DNA from: Gemmatimonadales bacterium
GTDB taxonomy: Bacteria > Gemmatimonadota > Gemmatimonadetes > Gemmatimonadales > GWC2-71-9
Assembly (NCBI GenBank): GCA_041615815.1
Contig: JBFJCP010000011.1
Location: forward strand, 1 to 64,000
Reading direction: 5' to 3'
DNA length: 64,000 nucleotides
In this document: positions 1-10,300 of the stretch, piece after piece
Layout: every line of letters begins with the position of its first letter
How positions within the stretch are numbered: the stretch's first letter is position 1
Notes under the pieces: generated by a model
Told to the model about the DNA's origin: nothing
The model's input: only the letters and a program-made list of their open reading frames with translations
Databases searched by the model: none
Translations under genes and position numbers: made by a program

Positions 1-2616
1 GCCCCCCCAACGGCCCGCCCATCAGATACGACCGCGCTCTTGTATCACGTGGCCGCGGCCATGTCACTCGTCAAAGCTTATCGGACCCACGGGTATCTTG
101 CCGCACGATTGGATCCGCTGGGCACCGAGCCCAGGGGCGATCCCGCGCTCGATCCGGAGGCCCTCGGTCTGACTCCGGACCTCATGCAGCAGATCCCCGC
201 CGATGTGCTGCGAACGTACGTCGACGGCACGACGCTCGCCGAAGCACTCCCTCGACTGCACGAGACGTACTGTGGAACCATCGCGTACGAGATCGAGCAC
301 ATCGCGAGTCACCCTGAGCGAATCTGGCTGCGGCGCGTAATCGAGTCTGGTGAGCACCGGGTGCGGCTCACGGCGGACGAGCGCCGTCACCTTCTCGCCG
401 CGCTTACCAAGGTCGAGACACTCGAGTCCTTCTTGCACAAGAACTATCTCGGGCACAAGCGGTTCGGCATCGAGGGTCTGGACATGCTGGTCCCGATGCT
501 GCACCGAGCCCTGGATCTGGCGGCGGAACAGGGAACCCGCGAGGCCGTCATGGGCATGGCACACCGTGGACGCTTGAACGTGCTCGCACACGTCCTCGGC
601 GTGCCCTATCAGATGCTGCTCGCCGAGTTCGAGGGTGGCCTCGAGGTGGAAGAGACGCTCACTCCACGGGGTGGCACCGGCGATGTCAAATACCATCATG
701 GTGCGACGGGAACGTTTGCCGCGGCGGACGGCCACGAGATCGAGGTGAATCTCCTGCCGAATCCCAGTCACCTCGAGGCAGTCAATCCGGTGGTCGAGGG
801 CCGCGCGCGAGCCGAGCAAACGGATCGCACCGGGCCGAAACCGCATCACGACCCCGCGAGCGTGATCCCCATCTTGATCCACGGAGACGCCGCGTTCGCT
901 GCCCAAGGGGTCGTGGCTGAGACCATCAACCTCGAACGCCTCGAGGGCTATGGGACCGGCGGGACCTTGCACATCATCGCCAACAATCAGATTGGGTTCA
1001 CGACGCCACCGCCCGAAGCGCGCTCAACGGAGTTTGCTAGCGATCTCGCCAAAGGATTCGATATGCCGATCGTCCACGTCAACGCGGACGATCCGGAAGC
1101 GTGTATTGCCGCCGTGCAACTCGCCCTGATGTACCGGGAAAAGTTTCACGGTGACGTAGTCATCAACCTCGTGGGGTATCGGCGCCACGGCCACAACGAG
1201 GGTGATGAGCCTCGGTACACCCAACCCCTGATCTACGGCCGGATCGACGGGCACCCCACTGCTCGGGCCATCTACGCGACGTCGCTGGTGGAGCAGGGAG
1301 TGCTCTCTGACGAGGACGCCCAAGCGGAGGTGGACGCCGTATACCACGAGCTCTCCACAACGCAGGATCGGCTCAAGGCTCGTCTCGAGAAGGCCGACGA
1401 GGGAGCGGAACCCGTCCGCATCTCGGGTTTGTGGGCGGCCGTCAAGGAGCCTGAGACCGGTATCGACCGGGAACGGCTCGTATCACTCAATCAGGAACTG
1501 CTCGAGGTCCCCACGGGGTTTGCTGTCAACAAGAAACTCAAACGGGTGTTGGACCGGCGACTCGACGCGTTCGATAACGATGGATCGATCGATTGGGCGC
1601 ATGCGGAGGCGCTGGCGCTCGCCAGTCTGTTAGTGGAAGGTGTGCCGCTCCGCCTCGTCGGGCAGGACACGGTACGAGGCACGTTCAGCCAGCGACATCT
1701 CACGCTATTCGACGCTGAATCAGGCGAGCCCTACACTCCCATGCAGCATCTCGCGCAGGCTAAGGCATCCCTCGAGCTACACAACAGTCCCCTCTCGGAG
1801 TATGCCGCCTTGGGATTCGAGTACGGCTACAGTGTGGCGGCTCCGGAGGCATTAGTCATGTGGGAGGCGCAATTCGGCGACTTCGCAAACGGTGCTGAAG
1901 TCATCATCGATCAATTCATTGTGGCGGGATTGGCCAAATGGGGGCAGACGTCACGACTCACGTTGCTTCTCCCGCACGGGTACGAAGGCCAGGGGCCCGA
2001 ACACTCCAGTGCCCGGGTCGAGCGATTCTTGGCGCTCGCCGCTGAAGGCAACATTCGGGTGACCAATTGCTCGACACCGGCTCAGTATTTCCACCTCTTG
2101 CGTCATCAGGGCATGCACACGGAGCTCCGTCCCCTCGTGATCATGACGCCCAAGAGCCTGCTACGGCATCCTCGTGCGGTCTCTCCAGCCGAAGCGCTGG
2201 TGATGGGACGTTTCGAGCCGGTGCTCGACGATCCCACATTACCGGGTGCACCCGAGAACGTGCGCCGCCTGGTGCTGTGTTCGGGCAAGATCTACTACGA
2301 TGTCATCACCTCCGATGCCAGGAACCAGGCACCGGACGTCGCTGTGGCGCGGGTGGAGCTCCTCTACCCCTTTCCGAAGGCGCCACTCGCCGAGTTGATT
2401 GACCGGTACCCGAAGCTAGCCGAAATCGTGTGGCTGCAGGAGGAACCGCGAAACTTCGGACCCCGGAAATTCCTGATGCCGCTGGTGGCGGAGGTGGCAC
2501 CGGACAGCGTGGCCATGGGGTATGTCTCTCGCCCCGAACGGTCCAGCCCCGCCGAGGGATACCCCGCGGCGCACCGTGCCGAACAGGAACGCCTGGTTCG
2601 CGAAGCGCTTACGTAG
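1..2616 (+). CDS. sucA: 2-oxoglutarate dehydrogenase E1 component (5'-truncated by window edge)
   Basis: Frame open from position 1; motifs GMAHRGRLNVL, GDVKYH, NPSHLEAV, HGDAAF (TPP binding), WEAQFGDFANGA, LLLPHGYEGQGPEHSSAR. Confidence 0.96.
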   Translation, partial: APPTARPSDTTALLYHVAAAMSLVKAYRTHGYLAARLDPLGTEPRGDPALDPEALGLTPDLMQQIPADVLRTYVDGTTLAEALPRLHETYCGTIAYEIEHIASHPERIWLRRVIESGEHRVRLTADERRHLLAALTKVETLESFLHKNYLGHKRFGIEGLDMLVPMLHRALDLAAEQGTREAVMGMAHRGRLNVLAHVLGVPYQMLLAEFEGGLEVEETLTPRGGTGDVKYHHGATGTFAAADGHEIEVNLLPNPSHLEAVNPVVEGRARAEQTDRTGPKPHHDPASVIPILIHGDAAFAAQGVVAETINLERLEGYGTGGTLHIIANNQIGFTTPPPEARSTEFASDLAKGFDMPIVHVNADDPEACIAAVQLALMYREKFHGDVVINLVGYRRHGHNEGDEPRYTQPLIYGRIDGHPTARAIYATSLVEQGVLSDEDAQAEVDAVYHELSTTQDRLKARLEKADEGAEPVRISGLWAAVKEPETGIDRERLVSLNQELLEVPTGFAVNKKLKRVLDRRLDAFDNDGSIDWAHAEALALASLLVEGVPLRLVGQDTVRGTFSQRHLTLFDAESGEPYTPMQHLAQAKASLELHNSPLSEYAALGFEYGYSVAAPEALVMWEAQFGDFANGAEVIIDQFIVAGLAKWGQTSRLTLLLPHGYEGQGPEHSSARVERFLALAAEGNIRVTNCSTPAQYFHLLRHQGMHTELRPLVIMTPKSLLRHPRAVSPAEALVMGRFEPVLDDPTLPGAPENVRRLVLCSGKIYYDVITSDARNQAPDVAVARVELLYPFPKAPLAELIDRYPKLAEIVWLQEEPRNFGPRKFLMPLVAEVAPDSVAMGYVSRPERSSPAEGYPAAHRAEQERLVREALT

Positions 2617-2650
2617 CAAACTCAGATGGACCTCCTCGAGGAAGGTCACA

Positions 2651-3355
2651 ATGCTAGACTCACATCGCAACATGCTGATCGCGATCATGGCGATGGTGGT
2701 CTCGAGTGGGTGTCGGCGGGACGAAACCGTCGCCGAGCACATGCAAGAGCATTTTGCTCAGGTCACCACCATCCAGGACGCGGTGATTCGGGGCGATCTC
2801 GCGGCGGTCGCCGAACCAGCGGAGTGGCTCGCTCGACATCGACCGGTGGACAGCCTGCCAACGGGCTGGGAACCCCACGTCGCCGGCATGTCGCGGGCCG
2901 CACAAGATGCGCTCGACGCCACGTCAGTGGAGGACGCTGCAGTGGCGACCGCGGCGATGGGAGCGGCCTGCGGGGCCTGTCATCAGGCCGTGGGCGCCGG
3001 TCCGCAGTTCACACTCGGGGCCGAGATCAACACGGATCGAGGTCTCGCGGCCCATATGCAACGGCACCGTTGGGCCGCCGATCGGATGTGGGAAGGTCTC
3101 ATCGGACCGTCCGACACTTCCTGGACGTGGGGGGCTGCCACGTTGCGAGAATCGGCGCTCCGTCCCCAGGGACAAGCGGAGCGCATCGGCGAACTCGCGA
3201 ACGCAGTCCACGAAATCGGCGCGCAGGCGGAAGGAGTCAGCGAGCTGGGCGCTCGGGCCACCCTGTACGGTGAGTTGCTCGCAACCTGCGCCGAGTGCCA
3301 CACCGCATTGGGAAGGGGTCCCGACCCCCCACCACCCGGAGCAAGCGGCTCCTAG
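2651..3355 (+). CDS. Putative diheme class II-like cytochrome c, probable lipoprotein
   Basis: SD-like GAGGAAGG then ATG 2651; hydrophobic N-terminus ending SSGC; two CxxCH motifs (CGACH, CAECH), each closing a helical repeat that starts with HMQxH. Confidence 0.75.
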   Translation: MLDSHRNMLIAIMAMVVSSGCRRDETVAEHMQEHFAQVTTIQDAVIRGDLAAVAEPAEWLARHRPVDSLPTGWEPHVAGMSRAAQDALDATSVEDAAVATAAMGAACGACHQAVGAGPQFTLGAEINTDRGLAAHMQRHRWAADRMWEGLIGPSDTSWTWGAATLRESALRPQGQAERIGELANAVHEIGAQAEGVSELGARATLYGELLATCAECHTALGRGPDPPPPGASGS

Positions 3356-5181
3356 TCGCCCTCGGGTACTCCAGAAGGATCGAGGCGGAAACGAAGTGCC
3401 GCCCGAGCGTGCCGACGGACCGCGTCGTATGACTCGCCCGACACTCGCGCCCGGAGGCGATCGCTGATCGGTAGCACCATTAGAGGCGCCGGCCAACGGA
3501 ATACCGTGCCCGTCGCTTCGTCAACCACCTGGCCTTGATCGATCACTCGGCTGGCTTCCGCGAGATCGAGCGCCGCCACCGTGTCGCCAACCGCCGCGAA
3601 CATCGCCGCGTCCTCCGGCCTGACAAACTCGAGATGGCGACGCCCGAGCGCCGCCATGTAGAAGTGAGCTGGGGTGAACGCGATCCCGTCGAAACCGAGC
3701 GATTCGCACAGCACAATCAACCATCCAACGACCTCGCGAAGCAGCCCAAGCCCTGGATGCGCTTGGCCCGGCAGACGGCGCTGCTCGTTCGCGAATGTCG
3801 CGCGCGGGTTTTGCAGCAGCAGCCACTCGACGTAGAGCGTTTCCAGCCCGGGCACCGCGTCGCGCTTGACGCTCACCCGAAGCTCCACGAGCAGTTCCTT
3901 TCGCTCGGGATCGCCGAACACGCGCACGGTATGACCGAGCGGCGATGCAGCGTCGACCGCCACCATCGGGGCGACGAATCCTATCGACCGGAGTTGGTGG
4001 AGGAGGCCGAGGCGCTCCAGCGTGAGCTCGATCACGTGTTTCGACAGTTGCCCGAGCAAACGCGTCTCTCGCATACCCACCAACCCGAGGTCGAGGTCTT
4101 CCGGACTCAGCGTCCAATCGGGTTTTCCCCGCTCGGCCTCGGGAGCGGTGGGAAGGAACTCTCTCATCACGCGCCTGAACCGTCGCACGACCGCATCGAT
4201 ATCCTCGACCGGATCGAGCTCGCGGCCCGAAAGCAACCATCCAAAGAAGCGTGCCGAGTACTGCCACGCTTTGCGGCCATAGCCTCCCGCGAGGACCACG
4301 ACGAGTCTGGTTGCGGGGGTTGTGGCTCGTACGGTCTCCACCACCAACCGGTCGCGGGCGAGGATGCCCTGGGCGGAGAGGTTCCAGTTGCCCAGGACGT
4401 CGTCCGTCGCTCCATCGACACCGGCCACATATATGACGAGTAGCGGCCGGTGCGCCCGCACGACCGGGGGAAGCTCCCGTGTGAGGGTTTGCAGATAGTC
4501 CTCGTCCGACACTCCCGAGCCGAGCGCTATGCAGGTATCGGCCACCGCCCTATCATCATTCCAAGTTTCGTTGTGTATCGAGAACGTGTGAACGCTCTCA
4601 TCATGCGCAAATGCTCGGCGAGTACCGTTGCCATCGTGCAAGTCGAGATCCACGATGAGAACGGGGGCGGTGAAGCCCTTGGCGCGCAACCGGACCACCG
4701 CAACGGCCACATCGTTGAAGATGGAGAAGCCGAGGCCGCGGTCGGGCGCTGCGTGGTGGAACCCACCACCCAAATGCACGGCGGTGCGCCCGGTGCGCAA
4801 TGCGAGTCGAGTCGCCTGGATCGTCCCGCCCGTATGCAGACGTTGATAGTCCAGCAGACGCTGCTGCTGTTCGTCGCTGACGGGGAACCCAAGAACCCGC
4901 TCGAGCGTCTCGGGCGCATCGAGCGCTTCGAGATACGCGCGGGCATGCACCCGTGCAATATTCTCCAGCGACGCCGGCAGAGGCCGGGACACGTCCTCCA
5001 TTTGGGCGAGTCCGCCATCCAGCAGGTACGCGAGAATCCTATCGGCTCGTTGGGGATCCAGGGGAATGCCCGCCACGCCAAGGACATAGTCCGGATGATG
5101 TACGAACCACAGGTCTGGAGGGCGGAGGCGCCGACGCAGCCATCGGGAAAAGCGCCGGCCCCACATCGAGCGAGAGGTCAT
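3352..5181 (-). CDS. Histone deacetylase (AcuC/HDAC) family protein with additional C-terminal domain
   Basis: GGGFHHA, GFSIFND, DLDLHDGNGT, AGVD...D, LAGGYG motifs in the first ~320 aa; about 280 aa of extra sequence follow. Confidence 0.88.
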   Translation of the reverse strand: MTSRSMWGRRFSRWLRRRLRPPDLWFVHHPDYVLGVAGIPLDPQRADRILAYLLDGGLAQMEDVSRPLPASLENIARVHARAYLEALDAPETLERVLGFPVSDEQQQRLLDYQRLHTGGTIQATRLALRTGRTAVHLGGGFHHAAPDRGLGFSIFNDVAVAVVRLRAKGFTAPVLIVDLDLHDGNGTRRAFAHDESVHTFSIHNETWNDDRAVADTCIALGSGVSDEDYLQTLTRELPPVVRAHRPLLVIYVAGVDGATDDVLGNWNLSAQGILARDRLVVETVRATTPATRLVVVLAGGYGRKAWQYSARFFGWLLSGRELDPVEDIDAVVRRFRRVMREFLPTAPEAERGKPDWTLSPEDLDLGLVGMRETRLLGQLSKHVIELTLERLGLLHQLRSIGFVAPMVAVDAASPLGHTVRVFGDPERKELLVELRVSVKRDAVPGLETLYVEWLLLQNPRATFANEQRRLPGQAHPGLGLLREVVGWLIVLCESLGFDGIAFTPAHFYMAALGRRHLEFVRPEDAAMFAAVGDTVAALDLAEASRVIDQGQVVDEATGTVFRWPAPLMVLPISDRLRARVSGESYDAVRRHARAALRFRLDPSGVPEGD

Positions 5182-5258
5182 TCGATCACGCGAACGTTGG
5201 TGGGCTTGCGTTTATGTTACGACATTTGCGACCATCAAAGGACGTCGGGGTCCAGCCC

Positions 5259-6227
5259 ATGAGTATTCTGCGTAATCTACGCCGCTCGGGGACGCTCGCC
5301 TTGGTCGCCGGCACGACCACCTCGATCGCGTGTTCGTCTACGACCGAGGAGGTCCCGCCGAGCGATCCACGATGGTCGACCGCGCAGCCCCTTCCAGAAG
5401 CGCTGCAGGAGTTGCACGCCGCCGTCTTGGATGGACGGATCTACGTGGCGGGCGGTTTTGACAGCGCCGATGCCCCATCTCGAAGCGCCTATCGCTATGA
5501 TCCCGTGCTAGACGAATGGGAGGACACTGCGCGTCTCCCGGAAGCGCGCCATCACATGCCGTTGGCCACAGTCGGAGATTCCCTGTACGCCGTTGGGGGC
5601 ATCGGGGCGGCGGGGGCGGCATCTACCCTCTGGCTGTACGATGTCGCGGGCGATCGCTGGCTGGGACGCGCCCCGCTCCCCGAACCTCGCGGTGCGAGTG
5701 CCGCGGGGACCATTGACGGTCGGCTCATCGTCGTGGGAGGCTTCGACGATACCCGAACCCTTCTCGACAGCATCGTCGTGTATGATCCCAGAACCGACAC
5801 GTGGACCCGGGGCGCGCCGATCCCGACGCTGCGGGACCATTTGGCCGCGGCGGTCGTCGAGAACCTCGTCTATGCCGTTGCGGGGAGACCGCTCGATCCG
5901 GATCAGAACTTCGATGTCCTCGAGGCCTATGATCCCGCGGCAAATGCCTGGTCGCAGCGCCAACGCATGCCAAGCCGCCGGGGCGGGCTGGCAGCAGTCG
6001 CTCTGGGAACCGTCATCTTTACCTACGGGGGAGAGACCCGCAGCGCCGTGTTCGACAACCACGAGGCCTATGATACCGAGAACGACACCTGGACGGCGCT
6101 GCCCGGCCTCCCCACCGCACGACACGGACTCGCCGCAGCACGCATCGGTGGGAGAATCTTCGTGATCGGCGGTGGTCCGAGTGCAGGGCTGGCTCAGACA
6201 ACCGTTGTCGAGGTGTTCACACCGTGA
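5259..6227 (+). CDS. Kelch-repeat beta-propeller protein, probable lipoprotein
   Basis: Six repeats of the type IYVAGG...YDP..W; N-terminal signal with SIAC lipobox-like motif. Confidence 0.88.
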   Translation: MSILRNLRRSGTLALVAGTTTSIACSSTTEEVPPSDPRWSTAQPLPEALQELHAAVLDGRIYVAGGFDSADAPSRSAYRYDPVLDEWEDTARLPEARHHMPLATVGDSLYAVGGIGAAGAASTLWLYDVAGDRWLGRAPLPEPRGASAAGTIDGRLIVVGGFDDTRTLLDSIVVYDPRTDTWTRGAPIPTLRDHLAAAVVENLVYAVAGRPLDPDQNFDVLEAYDPAANAWSQRQRMPSRRGGLAAVALGTVIFTYGGETRSAVFDNHEAYDTENDTWTALPGLPTARHGLAAARIGGRIFVIGGGPSAGLAQTTVVEVFTP

Positions 6228-6805
6228 TCGCTCTACTCGATCTCGTTCGAGGGATCGTCTTCGCGCTGTTTGCGTTCAGTGCAGCGATCGTGCTTGGCAC
6301 CTGGGCGATCCGCAACCGACGAATCGACACGAGCGGCGGCGTGGGTCGATTGATCGAACGAATGTCCGATCCCATCATTCAACCCATCGAGCGCTGGATT
6401 CGTAGACGCGGTGGGAACCCCCAGAATGCCGGGTGGTGGCTGTTGGGTGGAACGCTCGTGAGCGGGATTCTCGTCGTCACCGTGACGGAGTGGCTCATCC
6501 GTCAGACGTTCCGGTTCGCGAGAGCCGGTTCACAAGGGCCGTTTGAGGTCGTGCAGCTCATCGTTTTCTTCGCCGCACAGGTGATCCTTCTCGCCCTCAT
6601 CGCCCGTGTGGTGGGATCCTGGTTTGGAGTGGGGCGTTTCCACCGATGGATGCGGCCAGCCTACATCCTGACCGATTGGGCCGTGTTGCCGCTTCGTCGC
6701 CTCATCCCGCCAATCAACATTCCCTCCTTCGGTCCGGTGGACATCACGCCCATCATCGCCTGGCTCGTCATTCAGGCGCTCCTAGGATGGTTCATGGCGA
6801 TATGA
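6224..6805 (+). CDS. yggT: YggT family membrane protein (two YGGT repeats)
   Basis: SDPIIQPIERWI and TDWAVLPLRRLIP...VDITPIIA motifs; adjacent to DUF167. Confidence 0.82.
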   Translation: MIALLDLVRGIVFALFAFSAAIVLGTWAIRNRRIDTSGGVGRLIERMSDPIIQPIERWIRRRGGNPQNAGWWLLGGTLVSGILVVTVTEWLIRQTFRFARAGSQGPFEVVQLIVFFAAQVILLALIARVVGSWFGVGRFHRWMRPAYILTDWAVLPLRRLIPPINIPSFGPVDITPIIAWLVIQALLGWFMAI

Positions 6806-7107
6806 AGCCAGGAGCGGAAAACAGAGAACCCGGAACCACCCAATTGGCCATCCATGTGCAGCCAAGAGCCAAGCACACCGAAATCGCCGGCTGGCACGGT
6901 GACGCCATCAAGATCCGGCTCGCCGCCCCTCCGGTGAATGGCGCCGCGAACGATGAGCTCATTCGGTTTCTCGCGGACCGCCTGGGCGTTCGCCATGGTC
7001 ACGTCCGGGTCGAGGCCGGGCATACCAGCCGCCGGAAGCGAGTGGCGATCGACGGTATACGACGGGAGGAGGCGTTGGAGATCCTCGGGCTGGGGGCGAG
7101 GGACTAG
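6802..7107 (+). CDS. DUF167 (YggU) family protein
   Basis: IHVQPRAK...IKIRLAAPPVNGAANDELIRFLA...GHTSRRK; ATGA overlap with yggT. Confidence 0.9.
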   Translation: MKPGAENREPGTTQLAIHVQPRAKHTEIAGWHGDAIKIRLAAPPVNGAANDELIRFLADRLGVRHGHVRVEAGHTSRRKRVAIDGIRREEALEILGLGARD

Positions 7108-7131
7108 CGTCGGGGTGGGGTGGCCACACCC

Positions 7132-7160
7132 TTGGCGCGATTCCTGCACGATGCTAGATT
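7132..7160 (+). promoter_or_regulatory. Putative sigma70 promoter for the metH leader
   Basis: TTGGCG (7132-7137), 17-bp spacer, TGn extended -10 TAGATT (7155-7160), just upstream of the riboswitch. Confidence 0.55.
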
Positions 7161-7175
7161 AGTTGGATAACTGAA

Positions 7176-7228
7176 TTCGTGGTGATTTGCGGCATATTGC
7201 AGCCACGTTAAATAAGTCGCTAAAAAGC
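7176..7228 (+). ncRNA. SAM-II (SAM-alpha) riboswitch aptamer
   Basis: CGTGGTGATTTG...TTGCAGCCACGTTAAATAAGTCGCTAAAAA matches the SAM-II pattern; P1 CGTGG 7178-7182/CCACG 7203-7207; pseudoknot helix 7189-7198/7211-7220 with one mismatch; upstream of methionine synthase. Confidence 0.85.
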
Positions 7229-7231
7229 ATG

Positions 7232-7268
7232 CCCCGGCGCGCTATGTAGCGGCCGGGGATTTCTGCTT
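7232..7268 (+). terminator. GC-rich hairpin directly after the SAM-II aptamer (possible riboswitch-controlled terminator)
   Basis: CCCCGGC 7232-7238/GCCGGGG 7252-7258 plus inner CGCT/AGCG stem; weak tail ATTTCTGCTT. Confidence 0.45.
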
Positions 7269-7360
7269 CGGAGATGGGCGGGAGACGACACCGGGGGCAG
7301 GGGTCGATTGGGAGGTTTCATTCCCCACCCACTGCTTCCGACTTCCCGACGTGGAGGCCG

Positions 7361-10300
7361 ATGGTCAAGAACAGCAACAAGAGGATCTCGCTACTCCGCC
7401 AGGCACTACAGCAGCGGATTCTGGTGTTGGACGGCGCCATGGGGACGATGATCCAAGAGTACGATCTGTCCGAGGAGGACTTCCGTGGTGAGGTGTTCGC
7501 CGACCACTCGACGCCGCTCCAGGGAGACAACGACGTACTCTCCCTCACGCGTCCGGACGTCGTCGAGGCCATCCACCGCGCGTATTTGAAAGCGGGCGCC
7601 GATATCCTCGAAACCAACACGTTCAACGCCACAGCCGTCTCGCAGGCGGACTACGACCTCGAGGGCGCCGTGACGGACATCAACGTCGCAGCCGCCCGCA
7701 TCGCCCGGCGCGTGGCGGATGACGTGAGCGCGCAGACGCCGGGACGGCCTCGATTCGTTGCCGGTGTGCTGGGCCCCACCAATCGCACGTGCTCGATCTC
7801 CCCAGACGTGAACAACCCCGGATTCCGCAACATCACGTTTGACGAGCTCGCCGCGGCCTATACGGAGCAGACGGAAGCGCTGCTCGACGGGGGCGTGGAT
7901 CTCCTTCTGGTGGAGACGGTGTTCGACACCCTCAACGCCAAGGCGGCCATTTTCGCCATTCGCCAGGTGCTCAAGCGGCGGGCAGATGCCACCCCCGTCA
8001 TGGTGTCGGGAACCATCACGGACGCCAGTGGTCGAACGCTCTCTGGACAGACGGCGGAGGCGTTCTGGATCTCGGTGAGCCACGCCGAGCCGCTCAGTGT
8101 GGGTCTCAACTGTGCCCTCGGCGCACGAGATCTCCGTCCGCATATCGAGGAGCTCGCACAGGTGGCAGACACCCTGGTCAGCTGCCATCCGAATGCCGGG
8201 CTCCCCAACGAGTTTGGCCAATACGACCAGGCTCCCGACGAGATGGCCGGCATTCTCGGTGAATTCGCCGAAAGCGGATTCTTGAACATTGTGGGCGGGT
8301 GCTGTGGAACCACACCGGACCACATTACCGCCATCGCCAATGCCGTTGCCGACGTGGCGCCGCGAACGATACCGACGCTCGATCCTTTCATCAGGCTCAG
8401 TGGTCTGGAGCCGCTGGTGGTCCGCCCTGAGACGCTCTTCGTCAACATCGGTGAACGCACCAACGTCACGGGATCAGCGCGCTTCGCCCGCTTGATCCGC
8501 GAAGACGACTACGAGACTGCCCTGGAGGTGGCGCGCGAACAAGTGGCCAATGGCGCGCAGATGATCGACGTGAACATGGATGAGGGAATGTTGGACTCGA
8601 AAGCCGCCATGACGACCTTTCTCAATCTGGTGGCAGCCGAGCCGGACATCAGCCGTGTGCCGATCGTCGTCGATTCGTCCAAGTGGGAGGTGATCGAGGC
8701 GGGCTTGAAGTGCCTGCAAGGAAAGGGGATCGTAAACTCCATCTCTCTCAAAGAGGGAGAGCATGCGTTCGTCGAACAGGCTCAGCGTGTCCGCGAGTAC
8801 GGTGCGGCGGTCATCGTCATGGCTTTCGACGAGTCGGGACAGGCAGACACCGCAGCACGCAAGTTACAGATCGCCAAACGCGCATACCAGATCTTGACCG
8901 AGCGCGTGGGCTTTCCTCCTTCGGATATCATCTTCGACCCCAACATCTTCGCGGTGGGCACGGGGATCGAGGAACACAACGAGTACGCCGTTGCATTCAT
9001 CGATGCGTGTAGGGCGATCAAAGAAGCAATGCCACACACGCATGTGAGCGGCGGAGTGAGCAACATCTCCTTCGCTTTCCGCGGCAACAACGCAGTCCGA
9101 GAAGCCATGCATTCGGCCTTCCTGTACCACGCCATCCACGCGGGGATGGACATGGGGATTGTGAATGCCGGCGCGCTTCCCGTATACGACGACATCCCAG
9201 ATGAGCTCCGGACTTGCGTAGAGGATCTTCTCTTCAACCGGCGATCCGACGCCACGGAACGTCTCACCACCATGGCAGAGTCCATCCAAGGGACCCCCAA
9301 AGCGGACCGCGACGACCTTGCGTGGCGGGAGCAACCCGTTGCCAAGCGGCTGGAGCATGCCTTGGTGGAGGGCATCCTCGACTTCATCGAGGCCGACACG
9401 GAGGAAGCCCGGCAGGGGTGCGAACGGCCCATCGAGGTCATCGAGGGCCCTTTGATGGACGGGATGAACGTCGTGGGAGACCTGTTTGGCAGCGGCAAGA
9501 TGTTTCTGCCCCAGGTGGTGAAGAGTGCACGAGTCATGAAGAAGGCGGTCGCGTATCTTGTCCCCTTCATCGAGCGGGACCGGGTGGCTAGCGGTGAGGT
9601 TGCGCGGTCCAAAGGCAAGATCGTGATGGCCACCGTCAAAGGCGACGTCCACGACATCGGAAAGAACATCGTCGGCGTCGTCTTGGGCTGCAATAACTAC
9701 GAAGTCGTCGATCTCGGGGTGATGGTTCCGTCCGTCAAGATCTTGGAGACCGCCCGGGCCCACGGTGCAGACATTATTGGGCTAAGTGGGCTCATCACGC
9801 CGTCGCTCGACGAGATGGTGCACGTGGCTCGCGAGATGAAGCGAGAACGATTCCAGCTCCCGCTGCTGATTGGCGGCGCCACAACATCGCGCGCGCACAC
9901 GGCGGTCAAGATCGCCCCCGAGTACCCCGGTCCAGTCATCCACGTGCTGGATGCCTCGCGAAGCGTCCCCGTGGTGGGGAGCCTTCTGAGCGACGATCGG
10001 CGCGATGCTCTCATCGAGCAGATCGCGAGCGAGTACGAGTCTCTCCGGAAGCGGCATGCCGGACGGACCGCGCAGGTTCGTCTCGTCCCCATCGAGGCCG
10101 CGCGGCGCGCACGATTCCCGTTTGCACGGGACGGCTATCGACCGGTACAGCCGGCCAAACTGGGTATCCACGTGCTGCGGGATTATCCGTTGGCAGAGCT
10201 TCGCGAATACATCGACTGGACACCGTTTTTCCAGGTCTGGGAGCTGGCCGGACGGTACCCACGCATCCTCGATGACGACACGGTGGGGGAGCAGGCTCGG

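Noticed and set aside
7274..7360. N-terminal extension of MetH given by the ORF track
   Set aside because: Not MetH-like; ATG 7361 has a GGAGG SD, and the region is better explained as a structured leader
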